Below the pieces are notes generated by a model. That model searched no databases, had not been told where the DNA came from, and was given only the letters and a program-made list of their open reading frames with translations. DNA of 64,000 nucleotides, taken from IMG/VR virus record IMGVR_UViG_3300044733_004754, one strand, 5' to 3'. Of this stretch, positions 46,292 through 56,441 are shown piece by piece; within the stretch, counting starts at the first letter, position 1, and each line of letters starts with the position of its first letter. The DNA is from a virus. A program made the translations under genes and the position numbers.

Positions 46292-46618
46292 ATGGCCATA
46301 AAAGCAAATTTGATAATTGATCAAGGGACAGATTATCAAACAGATATAACACTTACGGACCTTGATGATAATGTTGTTAACTTGTCCGGGTATACAGCTA
46401 ATGCCCAGATAAGAAAGTCATACACTTCGTCAAACGCTGTCAGTTTTTCTGTAACGCTTGGTGAAAATACTGGTATTGTGACGTTATCGTTAACCGATAC
46501 ACAAACAGCCAATATCACACCTGGAAGGTATTTGTATGATGTTCTCTTAACATCAAACAATATAACATCGAGAATTGTAGAAGGTATAGTTACCGTAACG
46601 CCAGGAGTAACGAGATGA
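46292..46618 (+). CDS. Small virion structural protein (BppU N-terminal-like adaptor)
   Basis: NL.IDQG.D, L.GYT..AQIRK, G...LSL...QT....GRY.YDV and R.VEG..TV.PGVT motifs. Confidence 0.65.
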   Translation: MAIKANLIIDQGTDYQTDITLTDLDDNVVNLSGYTANAQIRKSYTSSNAVSFSVTLGENTGIVTLSLTDTQTANITPGRYLYDVLLTSNNITSRIVEGIVTVTPGVTR

Positions 46619-46839
46619 GTGCAGGGATAAAAGTGCGACTTTCGGGTGGTGCTATTAGTCCGGCTGGAACCGTAACAATTAAAAATACAATTCAATCTGA
46701 AGTAAATAGAAGAATAGACCAGCTGTTAGACGTGGTGGCTGATACTGCAAACACTGCTGCAGGAAGCACTCTTGTTTATGATCCATTAACAGACAAATAT
46801 GTCGTAAAATTATTAGACTTAGACGGGGGTAGTTTCTAA
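46615..46839 (+). CDS. Small structural hypothetical protein ending LDGGSF
   Basis: L.DV......GSTLVYD...DKY motif; coupled to both neighbours. Confidence 0.55.
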   Translation: MSAGIKVRLSGGAISPAGTVTIKNTIQSEVNRRIDQLLDVVADTANTAAGSTLVYDPLTDKYVVKLLDLDGGSF

Positions 46840-48765
46840 ATGGCAAATTTAATTCAAATTAAACGAAGTGAAACGACAGCAATACCAACTTCACTGGAAG
46901 ACGGCGAGTTAGCCTATACTAGTAATGGTGAAGTACTATTTATTGGTAGCAATGGTGTCGTTATTCCTATTGGTGGTCAACGGGTTCCTGGTGTTTTAAC
47001 GGCTAACCAAGCTCTTGTTGTTAACTCTTCAAGTTCTATTGACTCTATCAAGGTCGCAAACCTTGTACCGACAAAGATTTATGCAAATGGTTCCCATGGT
47101 AGTGTGGGCCAGGTTCTTGTGTCTGATGGTGCAAATGTGTTTTGGGGTACAGGCACAGCTGGCACTAATACAACCATTCAGTTTAACGACTCTGGTACAG
47201 CAAACGGTATTGCAGCATTTACGTTTAATAAAGATACGAATACAATGTTTGTATCTGGCGCTATTACTGTTGGCTCAAATGTCATTACAAATACTTCTAC
47301 TATTAGTATCGGTAACAGTACAGTTAACACGACCGCCAATTCGTCTGAGCTTCGTGTAAATGGTACTATAGTTAATAGTTCTATTGTCCAGGTTGCTGGA
47401 CAATTCCGAGGCTATACAGCTAACGTCAGTACAAGTATTGAAGTTGGTTCAAATGTGTTTGTCAACACATCGACTATATCCGTTGGTAATTCAACAGTCA
47501 ACACGCAGATAACCGGTTCACGTATACTGGTTGGTGGTGCCGATGATAGTTCCAATGTCACTTCAGGTGCGGTTGTTATTGATGGTGGTTTAGGTGTTGG
47601 TAAGAGAATAAACACAAAAGAACTAGCTGTTGGTAACACAACTGTTTATTCGTCTGCAAATGGTACGACAATTGTAACACAAGACGTGTTAGCAACAGGT
47701 ACTGTGAATGCGACAGTTTTGAGTGTCGGCGGTTCGGTTGTAGGTAACAACAGCGGTATCTTTACATCAGGTGTTGTCAACGGTGATATTGTCCAGGTCG
47801 GTTCTAACTTTAGAGCCAACACAACACAAACATCTGTTGGAACGTTCTTAACTGTTGCTGGTAATGCAGTTGTTAATGGTCAGCTCACAGTTAACAACAC
47901 AGCTGCTCTTGGTAACACAACCATCACCGGTTTTGCAAATGTTTCAACATCGTTGAATGTAACTGGTGCAGCAACAGTCAATGGTGCCTTGACGGTTAAC
48001 AACACAGCGGCTGTTGGTAACACAACAATAACAGGTTCGTTAGGCACAACAGGTGCAGCAACAGTCAATGGTGCGTTTACTGTTAACAATACAGCAAGTG
48101 TTGGTAATACAACAATCACAGGCTCGGCTAATGTAACAGGTCACCTACAAGCTAATTCTTTGAGTGTTGGTGACACAACAATCAGTGGTAACCTAACCGT
48201 TACAGGCACACTTACAACCGTCAGTGCCAATAATATCAGCATCACCGATTCAATGATCCAGCTGGCATCTAACAATACAACAACAGATGTGCTGGACATC
48301 GGTTTGTTTGGTAGTTATGAAGCCGGTGATAGTGGTAACCATGAACATACTGGTTTCTTCAGAGATGCAAGTGATTCGGGTGTTTGGAAACTGTTCGAGG
48401 GACTAGAAGTCTCCCCTACCACAACCGTCGATACAGGTAATAATACTTTTGAATTTGCAACGTTGCAAACATTCTTGAAAACGGGTGGTGCAGGTTTAAC
48501 AGGTTTAATAGCAAACTCAACAACTATTGCTTTAACTGCAAACAGTACATTGAATGTTGCGATCGTTGCTAACACATTGACACTATCAACAGCTCTTGCT
48601 GGTAATTCTGGTGGTACTGGTCTTGCAAGTTATACAGCTGAAGATATCCTTGTTGCAAACAGCACAAATGGCTTTAGAAAACTTGCACTGGGTACAGCAG
48701 GTCATGTATTACAAAGTAATGGTACAGCATTGATTTATTCAACATTGGACGGTGGTTCGTTCTAA
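46840..48765 (+). CDS. Tail fibre/whisker-like protein with Mtd-N-like start
   Basis: IQIKRS.....P..L.DGELAY; IQFND.G; GNLTV.GT.TTV.....I.D..I.L; H.GFFRDASD; ends LDGGSF. Confidence 0.65.
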   Translation: MANLIQIKRSETTAIPTSLEDGELAYTSNGEVLFIGSNGVVIPIGGQRVPGVLTANQALVVNSSSSIDSIKVANLVPTKIYANGSHGSVGQVLVSDGANVFWGTGTAGTNTTIQFNDSGTANGIAAFTFNKDTNTMFVSGAITVGSNVITNTSTISIGNSTVNTTANSSELRVNGTIVNSSIVQVAGQFRGYTANVSTSIEVGSNVFVNTSTISVGNSTVNTQITGSRILVGGADDSSNVTSGAVVIDGGLGVGKRINTKELAVGNTTVYSSANGTTIVTQDVLATGTVNATVLSVGGSVVGNNSGIFTSGVVNGDIVQVGSNFRANTTQTSVGTFLTVAGNAVVNGQLTVNNTAALGNTTITGFANVSTSLNVTGAATVNGALTVNNTAAVGNTTITGSLGTTGAATVNGAFTVNNTASVGNTTITGSANVTGHLQANSLSVGDTTISGNLTVTGTLTTVSANNISITDSMIQLASNNTTTDVLDIGLFGSYEAGDSGNHEHTGFFRDASDSGVWKLFEGLEVSPTTTVDTGNNTFEFATLQTFLKTGGAGLTGLIANSTTIALTANSTLNVAIVANTLTLSTALAGNSGGTGLASYTAEDILVANSTNGFRKLALGTAGHVLQSNGTALIYSTLDGGSF

Positions 48766-48781
48766 ATGAAAAAGGATTGTT

Positions 48782-49159
48782 ATGGAAGCAGATTTGGTAA
48801 ATGCGTTCGTTGAGAAACAGCGTGATACGATAAATGAATTTGTAGCAAAGAATGTAATGTTGGAGGCGCGGCTTGTTGTAGTTGAGAAGAAGCTACAACA
48901 AGCTGCTGACCTTAGTGATAAGATTGCTGATGGTGAGCTTCAGTTGAGGCTAATGAAAACACAAAACGAATCGATGTCGGTTATAATCGATAAGCAAAAA
49001 CAAAAAGAAAAAGAATTAAAAGAAAAGACTGATCAGCTCCAGGAAAAAAACGAACAGCTTCAGAAACTTGTAGATCAACTTACCAATGAAAAAGAAGCCC
49101 ACAGACAAAAAGCAGAAGCTCTTCGTAAAAAAGCTGAAGAGTTAATGCAAAACAACTAA
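48782..49159 (+). CDS. Coiled-coil hypothetical protein
   Basis: Heptad-rich 125-aa ORF with AAGGA RBS. Confidence 0.6.
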   Translation: MEADLVNAFVEKQRDTINEFVAKNVMLEARLVVVEKKLQQAADLSDKIADGELQLRLMKTQNESMSVIIDKQKQKEKELKEKTDQLQEKNEQLQKLVDQLTNEKEAHRQKAEALRKKAEELMQNN

Positions 49160-49167
49160 AGTTAAAA

Positions 49168-49857
49168 ATGTCACAAATCATTCAAGTTAAACGAACAGAC
49201 GTTGCCGGTCGTACACCAAATACGACAAATGTTGCTAATGATCAGTACATTTATGAAGGGGAATTGGCCCTCAACATGGCCGATAGGAGACTTTTTACCT
49301 CCAACGGATCTGTAGTTATCGAGGTCGGTGCAAATTTAACCAGCTTAAATGTCGTGGGTGGTACAACTGTTAATGGTACACTTACCATCAACAATACTGC
49401 AAGTATCGGGAACACAACTATTACTGGTTTTGCTAATGTATTGAGCAACTCATCTGTTGGTTTACGAGTATCAAGAAGTGATTTTGGTTCCCAATACATT
49501 GATATCAAGTCATATTCAACCGGACATTTATTAACATTTCAAGCTGCATCTACTAACCCAAAATCTGTTTACTTTAATATAGATGTTAATGGTAACACAG
49601 CTGCTGATACCCGTTACCTGCTTCAAATTGACAGTGTTGAAAAGTTTAAAGTTAATTCATCCATAGTAGCAGTCAATAATGATTTAACGGTTACTGGTTT
49701 TGCTAATGTAACATCTGCAATACAAGTCGGTTCTATGTTCGTTGCAAATAGTACGATGGTGAAAATAACAAGTGACGATAAGTTAACATTCAATAATGGC
49801 ACAACACAGAACACCGCGTTCCGTGTGTATAACGAGAGTGGTACACGTATAGCCTAA
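49168..49857 (+). CDS. Short fibre-like protein with Mtd-N-like start
   Basis: IQVKRT.V.GR.P...GELALN.AD..LFT; shares the GNTTITGFANV module with other fibre genes. Confidence 0.6.
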   Translation: MSQIIQVKRTDVAGRTPNTTNVANDQYIYEGELALNMADRRLFTSNGSVVIEVGANLTSLNVVGGTTVNGTLTINNTASIGNTTITGFANVLSNSSVGLRVSRSDFGSQYIDIKSYSTGHLLTFQAASTNPKSVYFNIDVNGNTAADTRYLLQIDSVEKFKVNSSIVAVNNDLTVTGFANVTSAIQVGSMFVANSTMVKITSDDKLTFNNGTTQNTAFRVYNESGTRIA

Positions 49858-49879
49858 ATAGTTCCAAAAGGAGAAGTGT

Positions 49880-50623
49880 ATGGCTGTACCAACCACACGA
49901 GCAGGGTTCAAAGAATATTGTCTCCGTGCTCTAGGCAAACCTGTTATTGAGATTAACGTTGATGACGATCAAGTAGAGGATCGTATTGATGAATCCCTTC
50001 GTTATTATTGGGATTACCATTTCGATGGTACAGAAAAGGTTTATTATAAGCACGCCATAACCGCTCAAGATAAAGAAAACAAATACATCACATTGCCTGA
50101 AAATATCATAGGTGCTGTCCGTGTGTTCCCTATTGGCGATCCATCAATTCGTTCAGACGACTTGTTTAATATAAGATATCAAATTGCTCTCAATGACCTC
50201 TATACATTAACAGCATATTCAATGATTCCCTATTACATGGCAATGCAACATCTAGCCCTGATTTCGGAGTTTTTAGTTGGACAACAACCGATCAGATACA
50301 GCCGTCACCGTGATCGTCTACACGTTGATACTAAGTGGGATAATTATAATGTTGGAGATTATCTTCTAGTTGAAGCATATGAAGTTTTAGACCCGGACAC
50401 ATTCTCAGAAGTTTGGTCTGATAGATGGCTACAAAATTACTGTACACAAAAGATTAAGTATCAATGGGGTGCTAATCTAACTAAATTCATTGGAATGCAG
50501 TTGCCAGGTGGCGTACAATTCAATGGTGAAAAGATTATGAACGATGCAAAAGATGAAATAGAGAAGATGGAAAAGGATATGATCCTTAATTATTCTCTGC
50601 CTGTTGCGGACATGATGGGATAA
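49880..50623 (+). CDS. gp13: Neck protein gp13
   Basis: YCLR.LG.PVIEINVDDDQ.EDRID, YHFDG and K.QWG.NL.KF.G.QLPGGV motifs. Confidence 0.92.
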   Translation: MAVPTTRAGFKEYCLRALGKPVIEINVDDDQVEDRIDESLRYYWDYHFDGTEKVYYKHAITAQDKENKYITLPENIIGAVRVFPIGDPSIRSDDLFNIRYQIALNDLYTLTAYSMIPYYMAMQHLALISEFLVGQQPIRYSRHRDRLHVDTKWDNYNVGDYLLVEAYEVLDPDTFSEVWSDRWLQNYCTQKIKYQWGANLTKFIGMQLPGGVQFNGEKIMNDAKDEIEKMEKDMILNYSLPVADMMG

Positions 50624-50624
50624 C

Positions 50625-51371
50625 ATGGCAACAAACTTCTTCTTCAATAATTTTACAAGTAGCCAGGAACAAACGTTACTTGAAGATTTAATTATTGAAT
50701 CGATAAAGATTCACGGTGTTGATGTAATTTATCTACCTCGTAGCACAGGTACTGTTGATGCTGTTTTCAATGAAGATATAACACGTAGTTATGTTGCTGC
50801 TGTACCTATTGAGATGTATGTGAAGAATGTTGAGGGATTTGCAGGGGATGGTGACTTTCTCTCTAAGTTTAATTTAGAAATACGTGATCAGATAACGTTC
50901 ACGGTTGCATTTCGCACATTCGCCAATGAAGTAATTGCTGCGGATACGACGACAGGGGATGCTACGAGAGACAGGCCGTTGGAAGGCGATCTGATTTATT
51001 TTCCATTCAATAAAAAAATATTTGAGATACGTTTTGTTGAACATGAATCAGTGTTCTACCAATTGGGTTCTTTACAGATGTATGATCTCAAGTGCGAGTT
51101 ATTCGAATACAACAACGAGTACTTTGGTACGGGTGTACCAGATGTTGATCGCTTAATGTATAACTACTCTCTTGGTTCGGAACTGTATGGAATCAAAACA
51201 GAGAATAGCTATCTCATCACAACAGAGGATGGGTATCCGTTACTACAAGAGGAATTCGACAGTAACGATCATGAAAACGATCCCTTATCCCAGAACGAGG
51301 AAATTGAAACAGTGGCTGATGGTATCATTGACTTTACAGAACGCGATCCTTTTAGTGAGGGTACGTACTAA
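50625..51371 (+). CDS. gp14: Neck protein gp14
   Basis: EQ.L.EDL..ESI...G.DV.YLPR, SKF.LEIRD, RP.EGDLIYFP, FYQLG and DF.E..PF motifs. Confidence 0.92.
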   Translation: MATNFFFNNFTSSQEQTLLEDLIIESIKIHGVDVIYLPRSTGTVDAVFNEDITRSYVAAVPIEMYVKNVEGFAGDGDFLSKFNLEIRDQITFTVAFRTFANEVIAADTTTGDATRDRPLEGDLIYFPFNKKIFEIRFVEHESVFYQLGSLQMYDLKCELFEYNNEYFGTGVPDVDRLMYNYSLGSELYGIKTENSYLITTEDGYPLLQEEFDSNDHENDPLSQNEEIETVADGIIDFTERDPFSEGTY

Positions 51372-52180
51372 TGTTCGGTCATGTTTATTATCATAGCTTG
51401 ATACGGAAATATGTGGCCGTGTTCGGTACACTATTTAACGACGTGTACCTGAATCGTTACGATACAGACTCAGATATGAGAACATCCATTAAAGTACCTA
51501 TCACATATGGACCACGTGAAAAGGTGCTTGCACGGGCATTGGCTGATCCAGATTTGAATAGAATGCCTTCTATAACATTACCACGAATGACGTTCGAAAT
51601 GACGTCATTGCAATATGCATCAAATCGTAAGCTAAACACAATTGGTAAGAGGGTTGTAAAAGATACAACCGATCCAAATCAGTTGAAGTACCAATACAAT
51701 CCTGTTCCTTATGATATAAGTTTTACATTGTCTGTCATTACAAAGAATGCCGACGAAGGTGCTAACATAGTTGAGCAGATACTACCTTTTTTTACACCAG
51801 AGTGGACGACTTCTGTCGAACTGATACCAGAAATGGATTATGTCGCTGACATCCCTGTTGTTCTCGATAGAGTTAGTTGTATGGATGAATATGAGGGGGA
51901 TTTTTTAAACAGACGCGCAATTATTTGGACGTTAGATTTTACTATGAAGGTTTACATTCTAGGTCCAATAAGAAAGCAAGGTATTATCAAGTTTGCAAAT
52001 ACAAACATTTATGACTACACATCTTCACCCAACACTCATCTCTCAAGTGTCGATGTACGACCTGGCCTACTAGCAAATGGTTCACCAACAACCAATAGTG
52101 CTGCGACAGTCTCTATTGACTTAATTGAGTCAGATGATAATTATGGTTATATTGTTACAGTGACTAATCCAAATGAATAA
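51371..52180 (+). CDS. gp15: Tail sheath stabiliser/terminator gp15
   Basis: RK.V..FGTLFN, KVP..YGP..K, LPRM.FE, PVPY and IVEQILP.F.P motifs. Confidence 0.92.
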   Translation: MFGHVYYHSLIRKYVAVFGTLFNDVYLNRYDTDSDMRTSIKVPITYGPREKVLARALADPDLNRMPSITLPRMTFEMTSLQYASNRKLNTIGKRVVKDTTDPNQLKYQYNPVPYDISFTLSVITKNADEGANIVEQILPFFTPEWTTSVELIPEMDYVADIPVVLDRVSCMDEYEGDFLNRRAIIWTLDFTMKVYILGPIRKQGIIKFANTNIYDYTSSPNTHLSSVDVRPGLLANGSPTTNSAATVSIDLIESDDNYGYIVTVTNPNE

Positions 52181-52562
52181 TGACCCCATAGCCAATGCTC
52201 TTGATATAACACCACTTGCACCATCATCGCCAATTATTCAGCGATTTGAAGATAACCAAGTTGTTGATGATTTTGAGTTTGCAAGGACAAATCTAATTAA
52301 TGCCATTGAGCAAGGGCAGACTGCGTTGGCTGATATTGTAACGGTCGCAGGCATGTCCCAACATCCTAGGGCATATGAGGTTGTTGCAACTTTGTTGAAA
52401 ACTGTTGCAGATGCAAACAAGGACTTACTTGAATTGCAAAAACGAAAGAAAGACTTGACTGGTATTGGACCTGCCCCAACAACAGTGAATAATAACTTAT
52501 TTGTTGGTAGTACGGCAGAACTCCAGCAACTAATAAAGAAACAAAATGAGCAAGCTGGGTGA
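52173..52562 (+). CDS. gp16: Terminase small subunit gp16
   Basis: DFEFAR.NL...I..G, HPRAYEV and NNNLFVGST.ELQ motifs. Confidence 0.9.
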   Translation: MNNDPIANALDITPLAPSSPIIQRFEDNQVVDDFEFARTNLINAIEQGQTALADIVTVAGMSQHPRAYEVVATLLKTVADANKDLLELQKRKKDLTGIGPAPTTVNNNLFVGSTAELQQLIKKQNEQAG

Positions 52563-54219
52563 TTCGTATCTAGGTAATCAAAATTTAAAAAGATCAAATG
52601 TAAAAATTGCTTGGACACCTGATCAAGTTCGGGAGTGGTTGAGGTGTGCTCAAGATCCTGTTTACTTTGTTGAGACCTATGTTAAGATTGTTAATATAGA
52701 TAAAGGTCTTGTTAATTTTAACTTGTATGATTATCAACGTAATATTGTTGAGACTGCCGTTGAGGATCGTTTTGTAATATGTAAGATGCCGCGTCAGTGC
52801 GGTAAGACAACCACAATCGTAGGTGTTATGTTGTGGTATGTTTTGTTCCATCAGAACTATAGCGTAGCTATCCTTGCTCATAAGCTCCAACAAGCTCGTG
52901 AAATACTTTCACGTATACAACTTGCATATGAACATTTACCAAAGTGGATTCAGCAAGGTATTGTTGAATGGAACAAAGGTAATCTTGAGCTTGAAAACGG
53001 ATCTAAAATCCTAGCTTCTGCAACATCATCGTCAGCTATACGAGGTGGATCGTTCAACTTAGTTTATTTGGATGAGTTTGCGTTCGTTGAAAACAATATG
53101 CAAGAAGACTTTTTTGCATCTGTGTATCCTACTATTTCATCAGGCACTACTTCCAAAGTACTAATCACATCCACACCCAACGGTTTGAATATGTTCTACA
53201 AACTATGGGTAGACAGCGAGGAAGGCAAGAACGACTACACGCGTATCGACGTTCACTGGAGTCAAATGCCGGGTCGTGATGAGAAGTGGAAACAAGAAAC
53301 GATACGCAATACATCTGAAGATCAGTTCCGCGTCGAGTTCGAGTGTGAATTCATTGGTTCATCGCATACATTGATAAGTGCAACAAAGCTAAGAGTTTTA
53401 AGATCAATTCAACCAATTTTAAGTAATCCTGATACACGAATTTATGCGCAGCCTATTGCAGGCAGACAATATTTTACAGTTGTTGATACAGCACGGGGTG
53501 TGGAGGGCGATTATTCTGCGTTTATTGTTTTTGATGTATCGGAGCTTCCGTATCGTATTGTTGCTACGTATAAGAATAATATGGTTTCACCTCTGTTGTA
53601 TCCAAATATTGTTTTCCAGCTTTCAAAACATTACAACAACGCTTATGTACTTGTTGAGACAAATGATATTGGTGAACAGATTGCAAACATACTCCAACAC
53701 GATCTGGAATATGAAGGCATTCTTACGACAGTTAATAATGGTCGTAGCGGCCAAGTAATATCACCTGGGTTTGGGCAACAAACAAGACTTGGTGTTCGAA
53801 CAACAAAAGCCGTCAAACGTATTGGTTGTATGGGACTGAAGACACAGGTTGAGTCAGATAAACTCATCATTAACGATGACCGCGTCTTGTATGAATTGTT
53901 TCGTTTTGTAAATATTGGTGAGAGTTACGAAGCGGAGGAAGGTCATGATGACCTAGTGATGTGTTGTGTTCTATTTGCGTGGGCAATGGGACAAACATAT
54001 GTCAAGGAATTAACAAGTGTTGATTTACGACAGAAGTTAGAAGAAGAAACAGAGACCGCGCTAGAAGAAAGTATGATGCCTATCGGTATTATTGATAGAG
54101 GCGAAGCTGCAGACCTGTTAGTAGTTGCAACAAAGAAGAACGACGATTCATGGATTTTTGCTGGCGATGATGACTTTGACGCACGAATGATGTCAAAGCA
54201 TGAAGCCGCGTTCCACTAA
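52546..54219 (+). CDS. gp17: Terminase large subunit gp17
   Basis: YLGN.NLK, Walker A PRQCGKTT, Walker B LVYLDEFAF, STPNG.N.F, D.ARG...DYS and HDDLVM motifs; no intein or intron evident. Confidence 0.96.
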   Translation: MSKLGDSYLGNQNLKRSNVKIAWTPDQVREWLRCAQDPVYFVETYVKIVNIDKGLVNFNLYDYQRNIVETAVEDRFVICKMPRQCGKTTTIVGVMLWYVLFHQNYSVAILAHKLQQAREILSRIQLAYEHLPKWIQQGIVEWNKGNLELENGSKILASATSSSAIRGGSFNLVYLDEFAFVENNMQEDFFASVYPTISSGTTSKVLITSTPNGLNMFYKLWVDSEEGKNDYTRIDVHWSQMPGRDEKWKQETIRNTSEDQFRVEFECEFIGSSHTLISATKLRVLRSIQPILSNPDTRIYAQPIAGRQYFTVVDTARGVEGDYSAFIVFDVSELPYRIVATYKNNMVSPLLYPNIVFQLSKHYNNAYVLVETNDIGEQIANILQHDLEYEGILTTVNNGRSGQVISPGFGQQTRLGVRTTKAVKRIGCMGLKTQVESDKLIINDDRVLYELFRFVNIGESYEAEEGHDDLVMCCVLFAWAMGQTYVKELTSVDLRQKLEEETETALEESMMPIGIIDRGEAADLLVVATKKNDDSWIFAGDDDFDARMMSKHEAAFH

Positions 54220-54237
54220 AATTAGAATCCCCAAAAT

Positions 54238-54245
54238 TATAAATA
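54238..54245 (+). promoter_or_regulatory. Late promoter TATAAATA upstream of gp18
   Basis: Exact consensus, intergenic. Confidence 0.85.
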
Positions 54246-54298
54246 CCATCGATTATCTTAATCTTTACAAATAAAAAACCTCAGAGGGGAGAATAGTC

Positions 54299-56413
54299 AT
54301 GCCATTTCAAGTCAGTCCTGGCGTAAACGTCACTGAAATTGACCTAACAACGGTCGTCCCCGCAGTATCTACAACCGAAGGTGCCCTTGCCGGCGTGTTT
54401 CGTTGGGGTCCTGTCGGTACTCGTGTGTTGGTTGATTCAGAGATCAATTTAGTTGCTAGATTCGGAAAGCCTACAAATCATAACGCAGAAACATTTTTTA
54501 CAGCAGCAAATTTTCTTGCGTATGGAAATAAACTGTACCTAACACGTGTCGCAAACACGACATCTACGAATTCCAATACTGTCTGTCGTAACGCTATTGC
54601 CAATTCAGCAAACGTTTCGGACTGGTCGGATGCCAATGGCGACACATCAACAGATAATGCGTTATATGTTGTTAAGAATGAAGATTACTGGGACGCAGAA
54701 TCAGATACTATTCAGACGTCTGGTGACACAGATGTCAAGTATATTGCTAGATGGCCAGGTAAGCTAGGTAATTCGTTGAAAATTTCTGTTTGCCCAAGCT
54801 CTGATGCCTATTCAAAAATATATGATCTTGCAAACAACGGTACAGCAGACTACATCAGCGCTGTAAGTAATGTTGCTTTTGTTATTGGTAGCAACAGCGC
54901 AACTGTTTCTATTACTGTTGGTTCTAGTGGAACGATTGCAAATACAGTCGGATATGCAACAACAATCTCCAGCGGTATCACGGTTGGTGATATTGTTGAA
55001 GCAGGAAACAGTACTGTCGGAATCCAATATATGCGTGTAACAAATGTTGGCGCGGTTTCAAACTCAGCCACGGTTGCATCGTTTGCAGTATCGTTTGAGG
55101 ACGTATATGGGTTATCTCAAAACGTCAGCTCGAGCACGTTGACACGTAAGTGGGAATATTGGAACGCTGTTGATACAGCACCTGGTCAATCGACCTATCA
55201 GGCCTCGTTTGGTAACACAAGCGCGGATGACGAACTGCATGTTATCGTTGCGGACGAAGACGGTGAATTCACAGGTGTTCCAGGTACAATCCTGGAAGTG
55301 TTCCGTAGTGTATCTCGAGCAAGTGATGCAAAAACAGAAGATGGATCTGCAAACTATTATAAAACAGTTATCGATCAGTCGTCTGCTTACATCTGGGTTC
55401 TGAATCATCTAACTGGTGCAGCGAACGGAACAGCAGCAACACTTGCTGATCCAACAGCAACAAAACCTGTCACGCTTTCTTTCCAAGGTGGTCGTGACGG
55501 CGATACAGAAGCAGGTATTTCAGTTGGTATTATACTAGGTGGTTATGATCTTTATTCATCTGCTGAAGATGTTGATGTATCGTTGATTCTGACGGGTAAG
55601 TCGAAGGGCGGTACACATGGTGAACAGATTGCTAATTACTTAATCGACAATGTTGCCGAAAAGCGTAAGGATTGCGTTGTGTTTGTGTCTCCACAAAAAG
55701 ACGATGTAGTCAACAACGCTGGAGATGAGGCGGATGATGTTGTTGAGTTCCGTAACGTGTTGCGTAGCACATCTTATGCGGTTCTAGACTCGGGTTACAA
55801 ATATCAATACGACAAATACAACGACATCTATCGTTGGATTCCGCTGAACGGTGACACAGCTGGTTTGTGTGTTCGTACAGATGAAACCAGAGATGCGTGG
55901 TTCTCGCCAGCTGGCTTTAACAGAGGCCAAATTAAGAATATCGTTAAGCTAGCATTCAATCCAAGACAAGCTGCTCGTGACATCCTGTATAAGGCTGGTG
56001 TTAACCCTGTTGTTACGTTCCCTGGTCAGGGTACTATTCTGTATGGCGATAAGACGCTGCTTTCGAAACCAAGCGCGTTTGATCGTATCAATGTTCGTCG
56101 CCTCTTCATCGTACTAGAAAAAGCTATTGCGACCGCTGCTAAATTCACATTGTTTGAGTTCAACGATGAATTTACACGAGCACAGTTCCGTAATCTTGTA
56201 GAACCGTTCCTACGTGATGTTCAAGGTCGTCGTGGCATTTATGATTTCAAAGTCGTATGCGACACTACGAATAATACAGGTGAAGTTATCGACCGTAATG
56301 AATTTATAGGTGACATCTATATTAAGCCAGCTCGTAGTATTAACTTTATCCAGCTCAACTTTATTGCAGTAAGAACGGGTGTTGAGTTCTCCGAAGTCGT
56401 CGGTCAGTTTTAA
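54299..56413 (+). CDS. gp18: Tail sheath protein gp18
   Basis: SPGV...EIDLT, F.WGP, WFSPAG.NRG, FDRINVRRLF, FEFND.FTR and KP.RSINFI.LNF.A motifs. Confidence 0.96.
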   Translation: MPFQVSPGVNVTEIDLTTVVPAVSTTEGALAGVFRWGPVGTRVLVDSEINLVARFGKPTNHNAETFFTAANFLAYGNKLYLTRVANTTSTNSNTVCRNAIANSANVSDWSDANGDTSTDNALYVVKNEDYWDAESDTIQTSGDTDVKYIARWPGKLGNSLKISVCPSSDAYSKIYDLANNGTADYISAVSNVAFVIGSNSATVSITVGSSGTIANTVGYATTISSGITVGDIVEAGNSTVGIQYMRVTNVGAVSNSATVASFAVSFEDVYGLSQNVSSSTLTRKWEYWNAVDTAPGQSTYQASFGNTSADDELHVIVADEDGEFTGVPGTILEVFRSVSRASDAKTEDGSANYYKTVIDQSSAYIWVLNHLTGAANGTAATLADPTATKPVTLSFQGGRDGDTEAGISVGIILGGYDLYSSAEDVDVSLILTGKSKGGTHGEQIANYLIDNVAEKRKDCVVFVSPQKDDVVNNAGDEADDVVEFRNVLRSTSYAVLDSGYKYQYDKYNDIYRWIPLNGDTAGLCVRTDETRDAWFSPAGFNRGQIKNIVKLAFNPRQAARDILYKAGVNPVVTFPGQGTILYGDKTLLSKPSAFDRINVRRLFIVLEKAIATAAKFTLFEFNDEFTRAQFRNLVEPFLRDVQGRRGIYDFKVVCDTTNNTGEVIDRNEFIGDIYIKPARSINFIQLNFIAVRTGVEFSEVVGQF

Positions 56414-56441
56414 TAATAAATAAGAACAAAGGAGAACAAAC

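Noticed and set aside
46840-49857. Diversity-generating retroelement suggested by Mtd-N-like starts
   Set aside because: No reverse transcriptase and no template/variable repeat pair differing at adenines was seen in this window.
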